A DNA stretch of 64,000 nucleotides, taken from the NCBI GenBank assembly GCA_964648665.1, contig CAZYOA010000005.1, positions 22,822-86,821 of the forward strand. The letters are read 5' to 3'. A model generated the notes under the pieces. The model saw only the letters and a program-made list of their open reading frames with translations, ran no database searches and was not told where the DNA came from. This document shows positions 55,103-61,276 of this stretch, one piece after another; the stretch's first letter is position 1; every line of letters begins with the position of its first letter. The translations under genes and the position numbers were made by a program. Source of the DNA: an uncultured Planctomycetales bacterium (GTDB lineage Bacteria; Omnitrophota; Gorgyraeia; Zapsychrales; Aceulaceae).

Positions 55103-58100
55103 ATGCCTAAACATGCTGAAGTCTATGTTAAAGAAGACAGGGCCTTTGTTGTTGACTCAAAACTGAAGGTTATGCTGGAGGAGGATTACCTTGCACTCGA
55201 AAAGAGCGCAGAGTCCCGAGGAGCGAGGGATGTAGAATCTAAAGTTGGTCATACACTCGCCTCCGATATTGTTCGTGAAATTGTTATCCCAGCCCTTGAA
55301 AAAGAAGTCAACACTGGCAAGAATTTCGCCCAATTAAGACAAATCTATAATTCTTTAATCCTAGCCTATTGGTTTAAGAATAACTTAAAGGAATCTATTA
55401 TTAATCAGGTCTATTCTAATCAAGAGAAGATCAAAGGTGTGGATACTAAAGATGTTTCGAAAGATATTTACAATCAATATCTTAAATCGTTTAAAAAAGG
55501 CGTTTGTGACTATGTCAAGATTGAGTATGACGATTATGCCCGCAAACATATTCCTCGAAAGTATTTCTCTGGCGGGGTAGTTTTTGGAAAGAGTGTTAGT
55601 AGCTCAATCGTTATGACAGCGGATCCTTATGAGATGATGAAAGAATTTGAAGAGAACGCGGACACAACTTATATGGCAACAACAGATTTCTCTTTATTTA
55701 ACGGCCTGGATACAAAGACTCGTTTAGCGGAAGACCGAGAGAGCGATGTTGCAGAAGAAATATTTGATACCAGAGAACTTCTGGCTACGCCTACTAATTC
55801 TGTCAATGTTCAGGGTTTTGAGGATGTCGGCAACGTACAATTAATTCTTGGTTTGGAAGAATTGGAAAATAGGTATGCACAGCAATTTTCTGTTTTGCGG
55901 GATATCGATGAAATGGATTCAAGTGATATTCAAGTTCTTCTTGAGAGTTTAAGCAAAACTTTTAACATTATTTTTGAGCAGATAGATAAGGGGCAAAGTA
56001 ATAATTCTTTAAATTTGTACAAAGAAGAAACTGTGCAGCTCCATCAGGAAAATGTAGATTTGTTGAATTTGCACTTATTTAGTTTATATGTTCAAGAAAA
56101 TAGAAAAACAAAAAAGAAGTTTAGTCTAGAAGTGAATAGAGCGATTTCACGACTAAAACAGAATGAAATATTGAATATTAATTCTTCAAGAGATGTTTGG
56201 GATACTTTAAGTTACGATTTAGAAGAAAAAAGAAAATTGTTTAAAGAAATTACAGAAGAAAGGAATTTATCTCGATTAGCTTCATATTTAAAGTTTCTTT
56301 CAAATGCAAAGCTAGGAAATAGTTTCAACAAGCGTCTTCCAATTTTTCAAATAACTAATATTATCGAAGAATCCCTTGTTGTCCCTCTTAAAAGTAGAGC
56401 TTATATTAGAGGATTTGTTAAATCTGTTCTTGACGGATACACTCCTCTGTCTATAAGCGAAATGCCAGAAAGTCCTTCTTTTGATAGCCAAGAGAGAGCT
56501 GCGCTAAGCTTAGCATCATCTTGTTTGAAGTCAATTGAAGAGCACGAAAACGCGTATCAGGATGTTTTAGATAATTTATTTAAAGAAAATGATGATTTGA
56601 GTTTTGAAAAGGTTTATCAGGCGCGCTTAGATTTAGAGGATCAATTTGAAAGTTTAAATAAAAGCATTCAATCCTATTTAAATAAAGATATTAAAAAGAC
56701 TAACTTGGGTCTCATCTTAAAGAAGTACGAGGAAGATGTGATCTCTATGTTCAATATCCAAAGAGACTTTTTGTTGGTTTATTCTTCACTTTTATGGCCC
56801 AGAGATATTGTTAGCGGTGAGCAAATGAAGTCTGGAAAGAAAAGGAATGCCAAGCTTGTGCAGGCCGCATGGGATCGTCTTGAAAGAAGAATAAGCAAAT
56901 TTTCAGCCATGAGCGCCGAAGAGATTAGGGTTAAGGCCAAATCTTTATCTTTTGATGAGAGGATGGCTCTAAGGAATATTCATCATTTGCTTAGTCTCAA
57001 GTCTCTCAAAGAGGTTACACAAGATTTAAGAGAAAAAGAGTATCAAACTTTGAGGACTAAGAAAAAGAGTGCCATTGATTTTGCTTTAGAGGCTATTAAA
57101 AATAAAGAAACAAAGTCTAATGCTTTTAATGGGGCGATGTCACAAAAAAGAAAGCTAGAAAATCAGATAGAAAGTATTACTAATGGTAAAGATAAATTTT
57201 TAAAAGTCATTCGAGATGTAAGTTTGCAAATGAGAAATGTTTGTCGCAAGGAGATACTCTCTCAATCGGAAAGCCGTATAGATGGAAAAATGAAGGATAA
57301 GTTTAAAATAAGCATTTATTTATCACTTCTTTCAGAGAAGTCTGATGTTGCTTCTAGTCTTAAGCAGGAGCTGGGAATTAAAGGTGAAGAAAATATCGCT
57401 ATTTTAAAAGATTTAATTAGAAAGTATACGCCTGATTCTTTGGAAGGTATGCAAGAAAATATTGATGATGCTGTTAATGAATATTTGGCTGATGGACTTT
57501 TAAGGGCAGAAAAAAGAATTAAAGATTCAGAAAAGACTACCACGAGAAGGAGAGTCATTGTAGGCCGAGCTGTTGTTGCTTTGAGCTTTGTTGTTGTAAT
57601 GGCGCTAAGCATTTTTCATGGAATAGAGATGTCCAATGAAGATTTTGGAATCATGTTGCCTGACACAACATTGGCCCCGACCCCTGATTTACCACAAGAC
57701 ACTCTTAAGAATTATTTAAAAGAAAATCAGAGTAAATCAGAGAAGAAAGAGCCGAAATCTTCACAGAAAAAAGATGGTCCAGGTGAATATGGTCAGGATG
57801 AAGGTGGTCAAGGCGAAAATGGCCAGAGCGAAAATGGCCAGAGTGATAATTCAGGTAAAAATCAAGATCAGTCAGTTGAAAAAGAAACTAATGCTCAGAC
57901 GAAAGAGGGTAGACCTAATGAAGGTTCTCCAGAGGAAGGACTGGTTGAAAAACAGGGTGAGGCAGATGGCAGCCAGGATTCGGCCGATGGAAATCAGCCA
58001 GCAGGGGGAGAGGGGAGCTCTAGAGGTCAGCAAAATAATCCTGATTGGGGCGAAGATACAATTCCTTCATCGTCCAAACTTTCCAATCAGGCGAATAAAA

Positions 58101-61048
58101 ATAACGATTTTCGAGAAAAATATATAACTCCTTTTGGGAAATTTAAGAATTCTCTATTGGTGGAGAAGTTCTTTCCTGATTTGAGAATTTTAAAAGATAT
58201 GGGGTGGGATGTAGACTATTCTTCAGGTACTTGGAGAAAAGTAAATCTCGAAGGTTATCAGCCAGCTCCAGGTGATTCTGTTGATTATATTCTGCTTACT
58301 CCTGTTTTAAAAGGAGCTTTTAATGTGCCCGTTCCTGATGGATATGAAATCAAGGGTATTCAGGTAGAAAATTTAAAGAATTGGGCACTGTACCGCAACG
58401 ACAAAAACTTCTCTTATGTATTGAAGTGTGAAAAGAATCCTAAAGAGGTTAAGGTGTTCTATCGAGAATTAGAAAATTATAATAAGACTGAGGATAGCAC
58501 AAAAATTATCCGCTTTGTAGATAAGAGCGGCAATCAAATTCTAGAAGAAAAAGCAAGAGATACTATTTCCACTTATTTATCAGAAAATCTTGGAAGTGTT
58601 ATGTCGTTTATTTTATCAAGGTCTAAGAATGAGCAGATTTATTATCTTTCAGAAATTTATAAGCGAGGACATTTTGAGGATTCTATTTCTGGATTTAAAG
58701 ATAATTTTGAAGAGAAATTTGCAGAGGCAGTAAAGGAAGGTTTTGGCACTGTTACAAAAAAAGATATTGAGGAAGAGGGTTTTGATTGGGATTCTTTCAC
58801 TGAGGATCTGTTGCTGCCGAATGGTTGGGGTGAGCAAGTGAATGATTCTACAGTCCGATTCACTAAGGAGCTAGGCGAACAGCTAGATATGGCGATTATC
58901 GCTGTTAATCTTAAATATAGATATGATTCTGATGCTGCTGCTAAATTTAAGCGTATTTTGAATCGCCATTATGTTGATATATCTGGAAATATAGATTTAT
59001 TCGACATGTTAGCATATATGCACTATTATTTTGATATTCCGCAAGTTTTAACCTCGGCTTCTCATGGAAATGGTGATTTGTTTTATCTTATTTTTCGTGC
59101 TTCAGTAGAAAGTCATCAAAATAGTTTTCCTTTTGATTTCGAAATTCCTGAAGAATTAAAGGAGGATGAATTTTTTCAGTTTGCCCAATATTTTCATAAA
59201 CTTAATTGGAGGTGGAAGGTTTCTGCTCTTTCAGAGCGTGAGAAAATCGAGAAATGGAAAGAAAGGAATCAAGATTTAAATAATTTAGGGGTCAAAGTAG
59301 AGCCGAGGACGGATATTAATTCAATTAAGCTTGCTTTAGAGCAATTGGTAGATAATTGGGGATTTTGGTATGTGATATCTATTTTCCTCAGCTTATTAAG
59401 TTCTGGTGCTCATTCTACGGTGAAAAGAAGTGGAATATTAATTAAGAAGAAAAAGAATCCAAAGAAAATGATTCTTGAAATTCTTGCTAAGAATGAATTG
59501 CTTGACGCTGCGGGTCAGGGGGATGAGCCGGGTGTAGGAGAAATTTTTAATCGGATTCTTCGGATGGGTAAAAGTCTTTCTAAGAAGAAACAAAAAGAGC
59601 TTAAGCAGCTAAGAGAAAGCTTGAGTCCAGAAGAAGAGGCTGTGTTAGATATTATGTTATTAGTGGCTTTAGATGTTCCCCAGGATAAACTTTGGGAGCG
59701 CGCTGTTTCAGCTCTCCTTCCAGTGTTTGGACCATTAATCTTTCTAAAAAGGAGGAAAAGAAGGGTTAGGGATTGGAAGAATATGAACACAGAATTGAAA
59801 GAATACATTTTAAGTGTATCACCCGGTGTTAAATTATCTGAATTTTATCAAAACATAAAAGATATTCTCGATAAATATGGAAAAGTTAAGGAGGGCAAAA
59901 AAAAGGTTGTCAAAGGTAATGGCAAAAATAGAATAAAATTAGAGGCCATAAGAGAGCTGATTGATAAATCTTTAGATGAAACAGTTGTTATACGGCCTGA
60001 TAAGGTTTTTTATTCTGACACAACAAGTGATTTAACTGTTTTAAAGGAAGGGAGTTCGGCGGATTATCTTAGTTCTCGTCCTGCAGGAGCAGATGAGTGG
60101 GTAGATGCTGGAGCAATAGATCATAAGGTTTCTGCTAGAATGACTAAAGTTTATGTGAAAAGAAGAGAAAGAAATTCCTCTATTCCAAGTGCTATTCTTG
60201 TAGATTTAAGAGGAATCAAAGAAAGAGGTTTAGAAAAATGGGTAGAGGAATTTGCAAGATCTATCAATGTTATATATCCCGAAAGTAGCAAAGGTAACCA
60301 GAGAGGAAAAACATATCAAATAAAGAATGTATTTTTTATTGATGGCAACGGAGAAATTGATTCTATGTGGAAGACAAAGAAAGTTTTGGAAATTAAAAGA
60401 TATAAATTAGAAAGAATGATTAAGGAAAAACTTTTAGAGTATTTGAATAATGAGCAGATCCAACAATCTCAAGGAAAAGAAAATGTAGTTGAGAGCTTAA
60501 GTTTTTATAAAAAAGGAAAGATGAAGAAATATAGAAAAAGAGCAGAAGGAGCCTTAAAAGATCCTAAGATGTTAGAAGCGCTTGAGGGCTGGAGAAAAAG
60601 TTTGGATCAGATTGCAGGTTTGTCTGCGATGGGCAATATCTTTTGCGTTGGTTTTGGGGAAAGAATCTATGAGGTTAAAAATAAAATTGGAAAAACCAAG
60701 GTTTTTTCTCTTGAAGAAGTTAAAACAAAGGAAATTTTATCAGGTAGGATTTCTTCCAGATCTTCTTCGCAGATTGAAGAGAAACAGAGCAAGAAAAGTC
60801 AGCTTGAGGCACAGCCAGCAAGTGCTACCGGTGGTATTGATTTCAACGCTGAAAATATGAATGTCACAACTAGAGGCGATGAAATTAATTTTAATATTCC
60901 CATAGATATGCAGAATATTGATTTTATTAATTTTCAGGGTTTCGTTCCGATTGTTGTTGACATTGTTCCGGTGACAAATTTTATAGGACTTTTAGGGCTT
61001 GATGATCAGGAAGTAAGCGAGAATCCAATTAGCGTAGCAAAACTCTAG
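55103..61048 (+). CDS. Giant family protein 3, main fragment (1981 aa as tracked; homology continues upstream of 55103 in this frame)
   Basis: Continues the family N-module (EDRAFVVDSKLKVMLEEDYLALEKSAE...PRKYFSGG). Ends with a diverged family C-module (GGIDFNAENMNVTTRGDEINFNIPIDMQ...). Contains TM segments, a G/Q/E/N low-complexity tract and a DUF58-like motif. Confidence 0.85.
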   Translation: MPKHAEVYVKEDRAFVVDSKLKVMLEEDYLALEKSAESRGARDVESKVGHTLASDIVREIVIPALEKEVNTGKNFAQLRQIYNSLILAYWFKNNLKESIINQVYSNQEKIKGVDTKDVSKDIYNQYLKSFKKGVCDYVKIEYDDYARKHIPRKYFSGGVVFGKSVSSSIVMTADPYEMMKEFEENADTTYMATTDFSLFNGLDTKTRLAEDRESDVAEEIFDTRELLATPTNSVNVQGFEDVGNVQLILGLEELENRYAQQFSVLRDIDEMDSSDIQVLLESLSKTFNIIFEQIDKGQSNNSLNLYKEETVQLHQENVDLLNLHLFSLYVQENRKTKKKFSLEVNRAISRLKQNEILNINSSRDVWDTLSYDLEEKRKLFKEITEERNLSRLASYLKFLSNAKLGNSFNKRLPIFQITNIIEESLVVPLKSRAYIRGFVKSVLDGYTPLSISEMPESPSFDSQERAALSLASSCLKSIEEHENAYQDVLDNLFKENDDLSFEKVYQARLDLEDQFESLNKSIQSYLNKDIKKTNLGLILKKYEEDVISMFNIQRDFLLVYSSLLWPRDIVSGEQMKSGKKRNAKLVQAAWDRLERRISKFSAMSAEEIRVKAKSLSFDERMALRNIHHLLSLKSLKEVTQDLREKEYQTLRTKKKSAIDFALEAIKNKETKSNAFNGAMSQKRKLENQIESITNGKDKFLKVIRDVSLQMRNVCRKEILSQSESRIDGKMKDKFKISIYLSLLSEKSDVASSLKQELGIKGEENIAILKDLIRKYTPDSLEGMQENIDDAVNEYLADGLLRAEKRIKDSEKTTTRRRVIVGRAVVALSFVVVMALSIFHGIEMSNEDFGIMLPDTTLAPTPDLPQDTLKNYLKENQSKSEKKEPKSSQKKDGPGEYGQDEGGQGENGQSENGQSDNSGKNQDQSVEKETNAQTKEGRPNEGSPEEGLVEKQGEADGSQDSADGNQPAGGEGSSRGQQNNPDWGEDTIPSSSKLSNQANKNNDFREKYITPFGKFKNSLLVEKFFPDLRILKDMGWDVDYSSGTWRKVNLEGYQPAPGDSVDYILLTPVLKGAFNVPVPDGYEIKGIQVENLKNWALYRNDKNFSYVLKCEKNPKEVKVFYRELENYNKTEDSTKIIRFVDKSGNQILEEKARDTISTYLSENLGSVMSFILSRSKNEQIYYLSEIYKRGHFEDSISGFKDNFEEKFAEAVKEGFGTVTKKDIEEEGFDWDSFTEDLLLPNGWGEQVNDSTVRFTKELGEQLDMAIIAVNLKYRYDSDAAAKFKRILNRHYVDISGNIDLFDMLAYMHYYFDIPQVLTSASHGNGDLFYLIFRASVESHQNSFPFDFEIPEELKEDEFFQFAQYFHKLNWRWKVSALSEREKIEKWKERNQDLNNLGVKVEPRTDINSIKLALEQLVDNWGFWYVISIFLSLLSSGAHSTVKRSGILIKKKKNPKKMILEILAKNELLDAAGQGDEPGVGEIFNRILRMGKSLSKKKQKELKQLRESLSPEEEAVLDIMLLVALDVPQDKLWERAVSALLPVFGPLIFLKRRKRRVRDWKNMNTELKEYILSVSPGVKLSEFYQNIKDILDKYGKVKEGKKKVVKGNGKNRIKLEAIRELIDKSLDETVVIRPDKVFYSDTTSDLTVLKEGSSADYLSSRPAGADEWVDAGAIDHKVSARMTKVYVKRRERNSSIPSAILVDLRGIKERGLEKWVEEFARSINVIYPESSKGNQRGKTYQIKNVFFIDGNGEIDSMWKTKKVLEIKRYKLERMIKEKLLEYLNNEQIQQSQGKENVVESLSFYKKGKMKKYRKRAEGALKDPKMLEALEGWRKSLDQIAGLSAMGNIFCVGFGERIYEVKNKIGKTKVFSLEEVKTKEILSGRISSRSSSQIEEKQSKKSQLEAQPASATGGIDFNAENMNVTTRGDEINFNIPIDMQNIDFINFQGFVPIVVDIVPVTNFIGLLGLDDQEVSENPISVAKL

Positions 61049-61122
61049 GGTAAGTTTTAGGAAGTTTTTAGTTCTTTGGAATTATTTTTTTACTATTTTT
61101 AGTTATTTTTAGAAGTTCTCGT

Positions 61123-61186
61123 CTGAGAAAGCGCTTTCTTGAATCGTCGGTATTGGGGTTTATTTTTATTATTTCTCAGGTATACT
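61123..61186 (+). promoter_or_regulatory. Palindrome CTGAGAAAGC|GCTTTCTTGA plus -10 TATACT upstream of giant gene 4
   Basis: Same 14-bp perfect inverted repeat (61126-61139) and the same spacing of about 48 nt to the -10 (61181-61186) as upstream of giant gene 2. Confidence 0.45.
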
Positions 61187-61276
61187 TACAGTAAGATTTC
61201 CGTAAGTTGTTTATATATGTTTTACCAACACACGAATTTTCTCCCCTAGCCACGGGGAACATCAAAGGAGGAAAAA

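Noticed and set aside
35832-61048. Giant proteins as RTX/T1SS adhesins, Ig-repeat adhesins or a mobile element
   Set aside because: I saw no GGxGxD nonapeptide repeats, no obvious tandem Ig/cadherin-like units of about 100 aa, and no adjacent ABC/MFP/TolC export genes. I also saw no transposase, integrase or terminal inverted repeats. The GGIDLN motif is single-copy at the C-terminus, not an RTX repeat.
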